Below are positions 37,017-46,836 of a stretch of 64,000 bases of DNA, in pieces; position 1 is the first letter of the stretch; every line of letters begins with the position of its first letter. The notes under the pieces are model-generated. The model was not told where the DNA came from and ran no database searches. It worked only from the letters and a program-made list of their open reading frames with translations. The translations under genes were made by a program, and so were the position numbers. The DNA is from Candidatus Omnitrophota bacterium (GTDB taxonomy: Bacteria > Omnitrophota > Gorgyraeia > JAHJTE01), in NCBI GenBank assembly GCA_018830005.1, contig JAHJTE010000001.1, positions 513,332 through 577,331 on the forward strand, read 5' to 3'.

Positions 37017-38549
37017 TTAGAGTAGGGGTAGGTATTTTTTGATTTCATGCTGGGTAATCTGAATACGATAATCTTCCCATTCCTTTTTCTTATTAAACAA
37101 GAATCGAGAAAGGATATGCTCACCCAGGATCTCTTTAATAAACTCGCTTTTTTCAGTCTCCATAATTGCCTCAAAAAGGTTTCCAGGTAAAGAGGTGAGG
37201 CCTCTTTTTTCCCGTTCCTCCATAGCCATATGGTAGATGTTAGGCTCAACCGCAGGAGGTAGAGGGTATTTTTTCTCAACTCCTTCTAATCCTGCTGCAA
37301 GCATTACTGAAAAGGCAAGATATGGGTTGCAGGCTGGATCAGGACACCTTAATTCTATCCGAGTTGCCTTTTCGTTTCCGGGTCGGTATAAGGGAACCCG
37401 CAGAAGTGCAGTTCTGTTTCTCTGAGCCCAAGAGGCATAAACCGGAGCCTCATAGCCTGCTACCAGCCGTTTATATGAATTTACCCATTGTGCGGTTAAA
37501 GAACAGATTTCCCTAGCATGTTTAAGCTGTCCGGCAATAAACCCTTTGGCAATAGAAGAGAGGTGGTATTTATCTCTCTTATCAAAGAAAGTATTCTTAT
37601 CACCCCGAAACAAAGATTGGTGAACATGCATGCCAGAACCATTTACACCAAACAGAGGCTTGGGCATAAAAGTAGCATAAACCCCGCTTTGCTGTGCAAT
37701 CTCTTTGACTACGTATTTTATGGTGATTACGTTATCTGCTGCAGTTAAGGCATTTGTATACTTAGGATCTATTTCATGCTGGCTAGGGGCAACCTCATGA
37801 TGGGTTGCTTCCATAGTTATGCCCATTTCCTCTAAGACTCGAACTGTTTTGTTTCTTAAGGTGTTTGCTAAATCATTTGGAATTAACTCAAAATAAGAAC
37901 CTTCATCAATAATCTGGGGGCTCTTGTTGGATTTAAAATAAAAGTATTCAACCTCAGGCCCTATATAAAATGTAAGACCTAACTTACCTGCTCGGGCCGT
38001 GGCCTTCCTTAAGACATACCTTGTATCACCCACATAAGGACTCTGATCCGGACTTAATATATCACAGAATATCCTGGCAATAGGCCCAGTCTCAATTGTC
38101 CAGGGAAGCACCTTAAACGTAGTTACATCTGGCATAGCAATAATATCAGACTCTTGTGCCTCAGCAAACCCAGTGACTGAAGAGCCATCAAAACCCTTAC
38201 CATGTTCTAAGGCATCCTTTAATTCACCTTTGGTAATAGACACACACTTTAAAATACCTAAGATATCCACAAACCAGAGCTGGATAGTCCTAATATTATC
38301 TTTATGGATTTTTTCTATTATATCCTTTATTCCTTGTTTCCTGTTCTTTTTGCCAAGAGAGGGGATATCTATGCTGATAGGTTCTCTTTTTGCTGAGGGG
38401 TCCTCTAAAAGCACTTGGTCTTTAGCTATGATATATCTACTGCCTACCTTTTCTGCAAATAGAGTACCACTTTTAATACGTTCAATAACTGCCTGCCTGG
38501 AAATGCCTAAGATCTTGGCTGCCTGGGTTGGACTTAAATATTCTTCCAT
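37017..38549 (-). CDS. glnA: Glutamine synthetase (type I-like catalytic domain) fused to an N-terminal excisionase/MerR-superfamily HTH DNA-binding domain
   Basis: The N-terminus LSPTQAAKILGISRQAVIERIKSGTLFAEKVGSRYII is HTH_17-like. GS motifs are present (FDGSS, GPEVEYF, NGSGMHVHQS, NRTALLRVP). The second ATG (38549), with RBS GGAGG 7 nt upstream, is the chosen start. Confidence 0.75.
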   Translation of the reverse strand: MEEYLSPTQAAKILGISRQAVIERIKSGTLFAEKVGSRYIIAKDQVLLEDPSAKREPISIDIPSLGKKNRKQGIKDIIEKIHKDNIRTIQLWFVDILGILKCVSITKGELKDALEHGKGFDGSSVTGFAEAQESDIIAMPDVTTFKVLPWTIETGPIARIFCDILSPDQSPYVGDTRYVLRKATARAGKLGLTFYIGPEVEYFYFKSNKSPQIIDEGSYFELIPNDLANTLRNKTVRVLEEMGITMEATHHEVAPSQHEIDPKYTNALTAADNVITIKYVVKEIAQQSGVYATFMPKPLFGVNGSGMHVHQSLFRGDKNTFFDKRDKYHLSSIAKGFIAGQLKHAREICSLTAQWVNSYKRLVAGYEAPVYASWAQRNRTALLRVPLYRPGNEKATRIELRCPDPACNPYLAFSVMLAAGLEGVEKKYPLPPAVEPNIYHMAMEEREKRGLTSLPGNLFEAIMETEKSEFIKEILGEHILSRFLFNKKKEWEDYRIQITQHEIKKYLPLL

Positions 38550-38596
38550 TATTACCTCCATTAGTTAAGTGTTTTGTAAGGTATCATTTAATGTTA

Positions 38597-38633
38597 CTTT
38601 ACAAGTGTAAAGCATTGCTTGACATTTGTCAAG
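38597..38633. promoter_or_regulatory. Two 16-bp perfect palindromes, CTTTACAAGTGTAAAG (38597-38612) and CTTGACATTTGTCAAG (38618-38633), 21 bp centre-to-centre. Candidate operator pair in the divergent HTH-glnA / guaA-like promoter region
   Basis: Both perfect inverted repeats share the form CTTnACA-N2-TGTnAAG. They lie 50-85 bp upstream of the HTH-GS start codon. Confidence 0.5.
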
Positions 38634-38664
38634 TATTTTTTTATCTTTTTTTTACATGAGTCAT

Positions 38665-38698
38665 GTTTAGGCTAAAATAGTCATTTTTTAGCCTAAAC
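38665..38698. promoter_or_regulatory. Perfect 13-bp inverted repeat GTTTAGGCTAAAA-N8-TTTTAGCCTAAAC in the same intergenic region
   Basis: Read from sequence. It could be an operator or a bidirectional terminator-like structure. Confidence 0.4.
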
Positions 38699-38859
38699 TC
38701 TCTCTTTAGCTACTCACTTTTCCTGCATACTTTTTCTTTTGACATACGATTTTTTTAATGATAGACTATTGTTTACCATCTCAAAATCATCATGTCAGAA
38801 GTTAACCCTCAAAAAATTCCACTTTTAAATCCACTAATTTAACTTAATAAGGAGGCACT

Positions 38860-39840
38860 ATGAAGTCCGCTGAGTTTACTGTCAAAGAGATAAAACTAGA
38901 AGATCTAAGCCCACAAAAATTTATAGAAGAAAAGGCTCAAGAGATTTCCATTGCAGTTAAAGATGACGTTGCTATTAATGCCCTTTCTGGTGGAGTAGAT
39001 TCCTCTGTAGTTACCATGTTAGGACATAAGGCCTTAGGGAAAAGATTAAAGACCTATTTTATTGAGAATGGCATTATGAGAGAAGGTGAGGCAGAAAGGA
39101 TTGCAAATATCTTTAAAGAATTAGGAGTTAAGGTAGAGATTTTTGATGCAAGAAAAGAGTTCTTTTCTGCTCTTAAAGGCCTAACAGACCCAGAAGAAAA
39201 AAGAGAGGCAATTACACAGACCTTTTACAAAAAGGTATTTGGTGATTTAGTAAGAAACAGTGGTTCAAAATATCTCTTGCAAGGCACAAATTACACTGAT
39301 GTAGAAGAGACAATTGCTGGAATAAAACGCCAGCATAATATCCTAGAACAACTTGGAATTGATACTCAGGCAAGCTTTGGCTATAAAGTCCTAGAGCCAA
39401 TTATTGAACTTAGAAAATCTGGAGTAAGAGAGATTGCCAAAGCAGTAGGTCTGCCTGAGGAGATTCATAATCGGCCACCATTTCCCGGACCAGCATTAGC
39501 AGCAAGGGTTATAGGCGAGGTAAACCCAGAACGTACTGAAACCGTTAGAAAAGCAACTACCATTGTTGAACAAGAGTTATCTTCAACAAAGGCATTCCAA
39601 TACCTGGCAATACTACACCAAGACAGAGTCACTGGCATAAGAGATGGAAAACGTGATTTTGGTCTTCAGATTGAAGTAAGATGTTGGGAAAGCAAAGATG
39701 CCTTAAAAGGCACTCCTACCAGACTTTCCTTTGATATTCTAGAAAAACTCTCAAAAAGAATAACTACGGAAGTTCCAGGAGTAGTAAGCGTTACCTATAA
39801 TATAACCACTAAGCCGCCGTCTACGATTGAGGCAATATAG
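38860..39840 (+). CDS. GMP synthase-like ATP pyrophosphatase (PP-loop) + dimerisation domain protein without a GATase domain (GuaA subunit-B type)
   Basis: It has the PP-loop SGGVDSSV and a GMP-synthase C-terminal signature (KAVGLPEEIHNRPPFPGPALAARV). Confidence 0.65.
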   Translation: MKSAEFTVKEIKLEDLSPQKFIEEKAQEISIAVKDDVAINALSGGVDSSVVTMLGHKALGKRLKTYFIENGIMREGEAERIANIFKELGVKVEIFDARKEFFSALKGLTDPEEKREAITQTFYKKVFGDLVRNSGSKYLLQGTNYTDVEETIAGIKRQHNILEQLGIDTQASFGYKVLEPIIELRKSGVREIAKAVGLPEEIHNRPPFPGPALAARVIGEVNPERTETVRKATTIVEQELSSTKAFQYLAILHQDRVTGIRDGKRDFGLQIEVRCWESKDALKGTPTRLSFDILEKLSKRITTEVPGVVSVTYNITTKPPSTIEAI

Positions 39841-39938
39841 GTTAGCGTTTAGAAAGATAGGACCGGACACAATTTTATAAGTCCTAGAACAAGGTGTTCT
39901 CCGCTCTAGGCGGACAGGCGCTAACGGAGGTCTAACCC

Positions 39939-40418
39939 ATGAAACCCCTAGTAGTCTTTTATTCAAGAACCGGCATTACTAAACAAGTGGCAGAGGATAT
40001 TAGTAATGTATTAGGATGTGATGATGAGGAGATTATTGATACTAAGGATAGGAGTGGAGCTAAAGGATATGTGATTGCAGGTAAAGATGCAGTTATGAAG
40101 AAGGGCACAGTAATAGAAGAGGTTAAAAAAGATCCTGCAAGTTATGATTTGGTTATTATAGGTACTCCAGTCTGGGGTTTTACTATGGCTTGCGCGATTA
40201 GAACTTATATAGAACAGAAGAAAGAGGCGTTGAAAAGAGTAGCCTTCTTTATAACACAAGGTAGCGCAGGAGGTAAGAAGACATTACAAGATATGGAAAA
40301 GCTTTGTGGCCAGAAGCCGGTTGCACTAATGGAGGTTTTGGAAAAGGAGGTTAAAAGAGGTCAGGCCTTTGATAAGGTTAAGGAGTTTGTTGATGAAATA
40401 AAGAAAAAACTAGATTAA
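39939..40418 (+). CDS. Flavodoxin-like fold protein
   Basis: Motifs: MKPLVVFYSRTGITK...LVIIGTPVWGF. Confidence 0.6.
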   Translation: MKPLVVFYSRTGITKQVAEDISNVLGCDDEEIIDTKDRSGAKGYVIAGKDAVMKKGTVIEEVKKDPASYDLVIIGTPVWGFTMACAIRTYIEQKKEALKRVAFFITQGSAGGKKTLQDMEKLCGQKPVALMEVLEKEVKRGQAFDKVKEFVDEIKKKLD

Positions 40419-40490
40419 TTTCTCTTGACAATTTAGTGCTACTGTGGATAATAGTGGAGATGATTGTAGAGAACTTACATAGGGATACCA

Positions 40491-40520
40491 AGACGCTCGA
40501 GGAAGGAGCGTCTTTTTTTT
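40491..40520 (+). terminator. Rho-independent terminator (AGACGCTC-GAGGAAG-GAGCGTCT + T8)
   Basis: A perfect 8-bp stem and a T-run follow the flavodoxin-like gene. Confidence 0.75.
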
Positions 40521-40556
40521 AGATAAAAGCGGCAACCTATTTTAGTTAAGATGACA

Positions 40557-40598
40557 AAGGCGTCCTTTCTGCGTACAAAGATGTAGAGGGGACGCCTT
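40557..40598 (+). promoter_or_regulatory. Stem-loop AAGGCGTCC-N24-GGACGCCTT without a U-tract, upstream of carB. Possible leader structure
   Basis: A 9-bp perfect stem lies ~70 nt upstream of the carB ATG. Confidence 0.3.
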
Positions 40599-40666
40599 TC
40601 TCTATATTAAGGTAATTAAATGAAAAGATATAAAAATAACCTACTTGCTAGTAAAGGAGAGTTTTA

Positions 40667-43600
40667 ATGCCAAGACGCAAAGATATCAAAAAAGTGCTAA
40701 TTATTGGTTCAGGTCCGATTATTATTGGTCAGGCCTGTGAGTTTGATTATTCTGGTACCCAGGCCTGTAAGGCCTTGAAGGAAGAAGGCTTTGAGGTGGT
40801 ATTGGTTAATTCAAATCCGGCTACGATTATGACTGATCCAGGTACGGCTGATAAGACTTATATTGAGCCTTTAACAGTTGAGACCTTGGAGAAGATTATT
40901 GCAAAGGAAAGGCCAGATGGGCTCTTGTCTAATTTAGGAGGCCAGACTGGTTTGAATCTTTCTTTAAGTCTGTATAAAGCAGGCATCTTGAAGAAATACG
41001 GTGTTGAGATTATAGGGGTTAAGGCAGATGCTATTGAAAGAGGTGAAGACCGTCTTGCATTTAAAGAGACAATGGCAAAGCTAGGTTTAGAGGTTCCTCG
41101 TTCAAAGGTTTCTACATCAGTAGAAGAGGCTGAAAAAATCGCAGAAGGGCTTAAATATCCGGTTGTCTTGCGTCCTGCCTATACCTTAGGCGGTACTGGT
41201 GGTGGCATAGCCTATAATGTAGAAGAGTTAAGAATCGTTGTAGCCCGGGGTCTGGCTGCAAGCATAGTAGGACAGGTTTTAGTTGAGGAGTCGGTTATAG
41301 GATGGGAAGAGTTAGAGCTTGAGGTAGTTAGAGATCAAAAGAATCAGAAGATTACTGTTTGCTTTATTGAGAATATTGATGCTATGGGAATACACACTGG
41401 AGATAGTTTCTGCGCTGCTCCCATGCTTACTGTGCCTGAGAAATTGCAGAAACGTATGCAGGAATTTTCCTATAGAATTGTGGATGCAATTGGAGTAGTA
41501 GGAGGCACCAATATCCAGTTTGCCCATAATTTAGAAGATGACCGGTTGGTAGTGATAGAGATTAATCCTAGGACCTCTCGTTCTTCTGCCCTTGCCTCTA
41601 AGGCTACTGGTTTTCCCATTGCCAGAATCTCTACCAAATTGGCAGTAGGTTTGACTATGGATGAGATTCCTTATTGGCGAAAAGGCACATTGGAAAAATA
41701 TGAACCCTGGGGAGATTATGTGGTTATTAAGTTTGCCCGCTGGGCCTTTGAGAAATTCGCTGGGGCTAAGGATGTATTAGGAACCCAGATGAAGGCAGTG
41801 GGTGAGGTAATGAGTATTGCCAAAAACTTTAAAGAGGCCTTTCAAAAAGCAATTCGTTCTTTGGAAATAAAAAGATATGGCTTAGGTTATGCCAAAGACT
41901 TTAATAGTCTTTCCTTAGAGAGACTAAAGGAGAAACTAGCCCAACCTTCTAGTGAGCGTGTTTTTCTTATGTATGAGGCCTTACGTAAAGGCATGAGCGT
42001 AGAAGAGCTCTATTCCTTAACTTTTATCGGACGCTGGTTTATTAGCCAAATGAAGGAGCTAGTAGAGTTTGAAGAGAAGTTGCTTAAATACTCTTGGAAA
42101 GACCTGCCGGATCAAGAGTTGGCCAAGGCCAAGGAATGGGGTTTTTCTGATAAATATCTAGGTCAACTTTTTCAAGTAAAGGAGGCAGAGGTAAGGCAGA
42201 AGAGAATTGCGATTGGAAAAGTAGCTTGCTTTGAGCCGGTTCCGGTTAGCGGGGTAGAAAACGCAGCTTATTATTATTCTACTTTTAATGCCAAAGACAC
42301 AGTACCTGTTTCTAGTAATAAGAAGGTAATGATTTTAGGCGGTGGGCCGAATAGAATCGGACAGGGTATTGAATTTGATTATACTTGTGTACATGCAGCC
42401 TTTGCCCTGCGCGATGAAGGCTATGAATCAATTATGGTCAATTGTAATCCAGAGACAGTATCTACTGATTATGATACTTCTAACAAGCTCTATTTTGAGC
42501 CTTTGACTGTTGAGGATGTCTTGACAATCTATGAGAAAGAAAAACCCATAGGAGCTATTGTCCAGTTTGGAGGCCAGACTCCTTTAAATATTGCCCAAGA
42601 ATTAAAAGACAATGGAGTAAACATATTAGGCACTACTCCTGAGAATATAAACCTGGCAGAGGATAGGGAACGCTTTAGAGAAAGGATGATAAACCTAGGC
42701 ATTCCCCAGCCGGAAAGTGGCACAGCACGTTCCTTAGAAGAGGCCATTAATATTGCCAAGAGAATAGGTTTTCCTCTTATGGTGCGGCCATCCTATGTAC
42801 TAGGTGGTAGGGGTATGGAGATTGTCTACGATGAATATATGCTCAAGCGTTATGCCCAGGAAGCAATTAATGTTAGTCCAGAACACCCCATGCTTATTGA
42901 CCGATTCCTAGAGCATGCTATTGAGGTAGAGGTTGATGCACTTTCAGATGGCAAGGATAGCTTTATTGCTGGAATCATGGAGCATATAGAGCCAGCTGGA
43001 GTGCATTCTGGAGATTCTGCCTGTGCTATTCCTACAAAGACTATAAAGACAAAACACCTTAAGGATATAGAGAAATACACAGCTGCTATTGCAAAAGAAC
43101 TTAAGGTTGTGGGTCTAATGAATATTCAGTATGCAATCTGCAATGAAGAGGTTTATATCTTGGAGGCTAATCCGCGTGCAAGCCGAACTGTACCTTTAGT
43201 TTCTAAGATAACCGCTATTCCTATAGCTCGTATAGCAACTCAATTAATGTTAGGCAAGCGCATTAAGGAATTTCCTGAATTAAAGAAGAAAAAGATTCCT
43301 TATGTAGGGGTTAAAGAGGCGGTCTTTCCGTTTAATATGTTTCCAGAAGTAGATCCAGTATTAGGTCCGGAAATGAGAGCTACTGGAGAGGTTATGGGAA
43401 TCGCTGACAGCTTTGGGCTTGCTTTTTACAAGGCAGAGGAAGCCAGCGGGACCAAGCTTCCCTTAAAAGGTAACATCCTGTTAACCGTAGCTGATAAGGA
43501 TAAGAAGTACTTAGTGCCTATTGCTAAAGAGATGAAGCAGCTAGGTTTTAATATCTATGCTACAGGAGGAACCGGTGAATTCCTGAATAAGAAGGGAATA

Positions 43601-43870
43601 GAGAATAAGGTAATAAGAAAATTGCATGAGGGCAGACCGAATATTTCCGATGCAATAAAGAACAAAGAGATTAATCTTATTGTTAATACCCCTATTGGTC
43701 GTAGCTCAAAATTCGATGATAGCTACATCCGCATAATGGCAGTGCGGCATAAGATTCCATACATTACCTCAATAGCCGCTGCCCAGGCAAGTATTGAAGG
43801 TATTAAAGCAGTGAGTAGTTCTGAGTCTTTACCAAAGGCGCTTCAGGATTATCATAAGGAAATAGGCTAG
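40667..43870 (+). CDS. carB: Carbamoyl-phosphate synthase large subunit
   Basis: It is 1067 aa with duplicated ATP-grasp halves and an MGS-like C-terminal domain. The N-terminus is VLIIGSGPIIIGQACEFDYSGTQA. Confidence 0.95.
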   Translation: MPRRKDIKKVLIIGSGPIIIGQACEFDYSGTQACKALKEEGFEVVLVNSNPATIMTDPGTADKTYIEPLTVETLEKIIAKERPDGLLSNLGGQTGLNLSLSLYKAGILKKYGVEIIGVKADAIERGEDRLAFKETMAKLGLEVPRSKVSTSVEEAEKIAEGLKYPVVLRPAYTLGGTGGGIAYNVEELRIVVARGLAASIVGQVLVEESVIGWEELELEVVRDQKNQKITVCFIENIDAMGIHTGDSFCAAPMLTVPEKLQKRMQEFSYRIVDAIGVVGGTNIQFAHNLEDDRLVVIEINPRTSRSSALASKATGFPIARISTKLAVGLTMDEIPYWRKGTLEKYEPWGDYVVIKFARWAFEKFAGAKDVLGTQMKAVGEVMSIAKNFKEAFQKAIRSLEIKRYGLGYAKDFNSLSLERLKEKLAQPSSERVFLMYEALRKGMSVEELYSLTFIGRWFISQMKELVEFEEKLLKYSWKDLPDQELAKAKEWGFSDKYLGQLFQVKEAEVRQKRIAIGKVACFEPVPVSGVENAAYYYSTFNAKDTVPVSSNKKVMILGGGPNRIGQGIEFDYTCVHAAFALRDEGYESIMVNCNPETVSTDYDTSNKLYFEPLTVEDVLTIYEKEKPIGAIVQFGGQTPLNIAQELKDNGVNILGTTPENINLAEDRERFRERMINLGIPQPESGTARSLEEAINIAKRIGFPLMVRPSYVLGGRGMEIVYDEYMLKRYAQEAINVSPEHPMLIDRFLEHAIEVEVDALSDGKDSFIAGIMEHIEPAGVHSGDSACAIPTKTIKTKHLKDIEKYTAAIAKELKVVGLMNIQYAICNEEVYILEANPRASRTVPLVSKITAIPIARIATQLMLGKRIKEFPELKKKKIPYVGVKEAVFPFNMFPEVDPVLGPEMRATGEVMGIADSFGLAFYKAEEASGTKLPLKGNILLTVADKDKKYLVPIAKEMKQLGFNIYATGGTGEFLNKKGIENKVIRKLHEGRPNISDAIKNKEINLIVNTPIGRSSKFDDSYIRIMAVRHKIPYITSIAAAQASIEGIKAVSSSESLPKALQDYHKEIG

Positions 43871-43899
43871 AATATATTAAAGAATAAAAGGAGAGATCG

Positions 43900-45417
43900 G
43901 TGAAGACAAAACCAGGTTTTGATAATGAAAAATACCTAAAAGAGCAGACGCAGGCTATTCTAAAAAGGGTTAAGAAGTTTGACAATAAATTATATCTTGA
44001 GTTTGGCGGTAAGATAATCTTTGACTATCATGCCTCAAGGGTATTGCCTGGCTTTGATCCTAATGTAAAGATGAAGCTCTTACAGAAGCTAAAAGATAAG
44101 GCAGATATTATACTCTGTATTTATGCCGGCGATATCGAAAGAAGAAAGGTAAGAGCAGATTTTGGCATTACCTATGATGTTGATGCCATGAAGCTTATTG
44201 ATGATTTAAGAAGCTGGGATATTGATGTCTTAGCTGTGGTGATAACCAGATTCGATAACCAGCCAGCAGCAAATATATTTAAGAATAAGTTGGAACGCAG
44301 AGGTGTAAAGGTATATACGCATCGTTTTACCAAAGGTTATCCTACGGATGTGGATTTAATAGTTAGTGATGAGGGTTATGGAGCAAACGAATATATCCAA
44401 ACCAAGAATCCACTTGTTATAGTTACTGGTCCTGGACCAGGCAGTGGTAAATTAGCTACTTGTCTTTCCCAGTTATACCATGATTATAGAAAAGGCCAGA
44501 AGTCAGGATATGCTAAATTTGAGACCTTTCCTATTTGGAATATTCCCCTCAAGCATCCTGTAAACGTGGCATATGAGGCTGCGACAGCTGACTTAAGAGA
44601 TTTTAATCTGGTAGATCCTTTTCATCTTGAGGCCTACAAAAAGACAGTAATTAACTATAACCGCGATGTAGAGATATTTCCTGTTCTTAAGAGGATATTA
44701 GAAAAAATCACCGGAACACATTCTATATATAAATCTCCTACTGATATGGGGGTAAATTGCGCTGGCTTTGGAATTGTTAATGATGAAATGGTAAAAGAGG
44801 CAGCAAAACAGGAGATAATACGAAGATATTTTAGATATTCCTGTGAATATCTAGTGGGTTTTGTGGATAAAGAGACAGTAGATAGGGTAGAGCTTCTTAT
44901 GGAAGCAGTCAATGTTAAGCAAGCAGATAGAAGAGTGGTTGCTTCTGCAAGGGAGGCTGCTAAACAGGCTCAAGAGAAGAATAAAGTAAATGAAGGAATC
45001 TTCTGTGGCGCTGCCATAGAATTAAAGGATGGCTTAATAGTTACAGGAAAGAATTCTTCTCTTATGCATGCGACATCTAGTCTTATCCTGAATGCCATAA
45101 AGATCTTAGCTGATATCCCTGACAAGATACATTTGTTAGCACCTAATATAATAGAGTCAATAGTAAATTTGAAGGAGAATGTTTTAGGTGCCAAGACGCT
45201 AAGCCTGGATTTAGAAGAGGTATTGATTGCCTTAAGTATAGGCGCAGATACAAATCCTGCCGCGCAATTTGCTATGGAGAAATTAAAGGAGCTCCAAGGC
45301 TGTGAAGTGCACATAACTCATATGCCTAGCTCAGGTGATGAGACAGGATTGCGTAGACTAGGGGTTAATCTTACCAGCGATCCGAATTTTTCAAGCAATA
45401 GCTTGTTTATGATATAG
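43900..45417 (+). CDS. DUF1846/UPF0371-family protein (505 aa)
   Basis: Assignment is from family-level resemblance and conserved length. The N-terminus [16 protein letters not shown]...YLEFGGK...[14 protein letters not shown] and the [10 protein letters not shown]-loop-like motif are recalled from memory and not searched. Confidence 0.4.
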   Translation: MKTKPGFDNEKYLKEQTQAILKRVKKFDNKLYLEFGGKIIFDYHASRVLPGFDPNVKMKLLQKLKDKADIILCIYAGDIERRKVRADFGITYDVDAMKLIDDLRSWDIDVLAVVITRFDNQPAANIFKNKLERRGVKVYTHRFTKGYPTDVDLIVSDEGYGANEYIQTKNPLVIVTGPGPGSGKLATCLSQLYHDYRKGQKSGYAKFETFPIWNIPLKHPVNVAYEAATADLRDFNLVDPFHLEAYKKTVINYNRDVEIFPVLKRILEKITGTHSIYKSPTDMGVNCAGFGIVNDEMVKEAAKQEIIRRYFRYSCEYLVGFVDKETVDRVELLMEAVNVKQADRRVVASAREAAKQAQEKNKVNEGIFCGAAIELKDGLIVTGKNSSLMHATSSLILNAIKILADIPDKIHLLAPNIIESIVNLKENVLGAKTLSLDLEEVLIALSIGADTNPAAQFAMEKLKELQGCEVHITHMPSSGDETGLRRLGVNLTSDPNFSSNSLFMI

Positions 45418-45459
45418 AGGACTTCTTTGATTCAGGAGGCCATATGCCAATTTTCATAA

Positions 45460-45552
45460 GGAAAAAGATATTATTTTTGCTGTCTGGATTGTATTAAAGA
45501 ATTCAAATCTGACCCAGAGAAGTACATTCAGGAACTAAAAGAGCAAGAATGA
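45460..45552 (+). pseudogene. Start-less remnant of a YHS/TRASH-domain gene (GKRYYFCCLDCIKEFKSDPEKYIQELKEQE*)
   Basis: It matches the YHS C-terminal signature GxxYYFCSxxCxxxFxxxPxxY. A TAA lies immediately upstream in frame and there is no start codon. An intact YHS domain occurs in the gene at 62564. Confidence 0.5.
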
Positions 45553-45652
45553 CCTGAATAGACGTTCCTGATGACAATACGTTAGAAACTTGCTATAATT
45601 GGGGTTAAATATTTCCTATATTTAACCCCTTTTGTTTAGGTGAGGTTTTGCT

Positions 45653-46714
45653 ATGGTCAAGTGGCAGTATGGAAGGCGTCTTAAACCATCGGTTTTCGAC
45701 ATACCAGTTGCCAAGATAAAGAGCGGCTGGTATTCTGATAAATATTTTGTGCGCACAAAAAAGATATTAGAGCGTGATAATAATCATGTAAAGGTCTTGA
45801 TGCAGGTATTCTGCAGAAAAAATGCTGTTGTCTGTGGTCTGGATGAGGCAATTGCTATCCTTAAGCTCTGTGCAGACCGGCCAAGCCAGTTAAAGATCAA
45901 GGCCCTCTATGATGGCGATGAGGTAAAAAAGGGCGAGACTGTCATGACTATTGAGGGTGATTACAGTACCTTTGCGCACTTAGAGACTGTATATTTGGGA
46001 GTTATTGCTCGGCCTACAGCTGTAGCTACTGCAGTCAAGAAGGTGGTTAAGGCAGCTAGCGGCAAAAAGGTATTGTTTTTTCCTGCCCGTTTTGACCATT
46101 ACAGAATGCAGACTGCTGACGGCTATGCTGCATTTATATCCGGTGCCTTAGGGGTTTCTACTGATGCCCAAGGATTGTGGTGGGGTGAGAAAGGCCTAGG
46201 TACAGTTCCTCACGGACTTATTGCTGCATATAATGGCGATACAGTAAAGGCAGCAGTCAGCTTTGATAAATATATGCCTAAAAACATTCAACGTATTGTC
46301 CTTGTTGATTTTAATAATGATTGTATAGCTACATCTTTAAAGGTGGCAGAGGCGTTGGGCAGCAGACTATGGGGAGTCCGGTTTGATACTGCTTTAGATG
46401 TAAAGGATAAGTCAGTTAAAGGCAAGAGTAGAGATTCTTATGGGGTTTGTCCTGAACTTGTATTTAAGGCAAGGAAGGCTCTTGATAAATGCGGGTATAA
46501 TTATGTAAAGATAATAATTTCAAGTGGATTTGATGAAGATAAGATAAAAAGATTCCTTCAGTTAGGCGTTCCTTTTGATGCTGTAGGTGTTGGCTCAGCA
46601 TTATTGAAGGAAAGAATCGACTTTACAGCAGACATTGTGAAGGTAGCAGGCAAGCCCTGCCATAAGGTGGGCAGAAAATATAGGCCTAATCCGCGTTTGA
46701 AATTAGTTAACTGA
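45653..46714 (+). CDS. pncB: Nicotinate phosphoribosyltransferase (archaeal/Thermoplasma-type NAPRTase family)
   Basis: It shows collinear similarity to archaeal NAPRTase (SDKYFVRT..., GTVPHGL, RFDTALD...IISSGFDEDKIKRF...VGVGSAL, DIVKVAGKPCHKVGRK). Confidence 0.65.
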   Translation: MVKWQYGRRLKPSVFDIPVAKIKSGWYSDKYFVRTKKILERDNNHVKVLMQVFCRKNAVVCGLDEAIAILKLCADRPSQLKIKALYDGDEVKKGETVMTIEGDYSTFAHLETVYLGVIARPTAVATAVKKVVKAASGKKVLFFPARFDHYRMQTADGYAAFISGALGVSTDAQGLWWGEKGLGTVPHGLIAAYNGDTVKAAVSFDKYMPKNIQRIVLVDFNNDCIATSLKVAEALGSRLWGVRFDTALDVKDKSVKGKSRDSYGVCPELVFKARKALDKCGYNYVKIIISSGFDEDKIKRFLQLGVPFDAVGVGSALLKERIDFTADIVKVAGKPCHKVGRKYRPNPRLKLVN

Positions 46715-46836
46715 CTCTTACCTGTATAGATAAACCCCAAGATGTATGACTAAAACAAATATGGCGAATCTGGCCAAAAAGGGGTATAATATTTCAAGAT
46801 ACGAGCAGAACAAAGAAGTTTCCAAGAGACAAGTCT

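Noticed and set aside
40557-40620. PyrR-type attenuator upstream of carB
   Set aside because: The hairpin loop (GUAGAGGGG) does not match the conserved PyrR binding loop (UCCAGAGAGG). It is listed only as a generic leader stem-loop.
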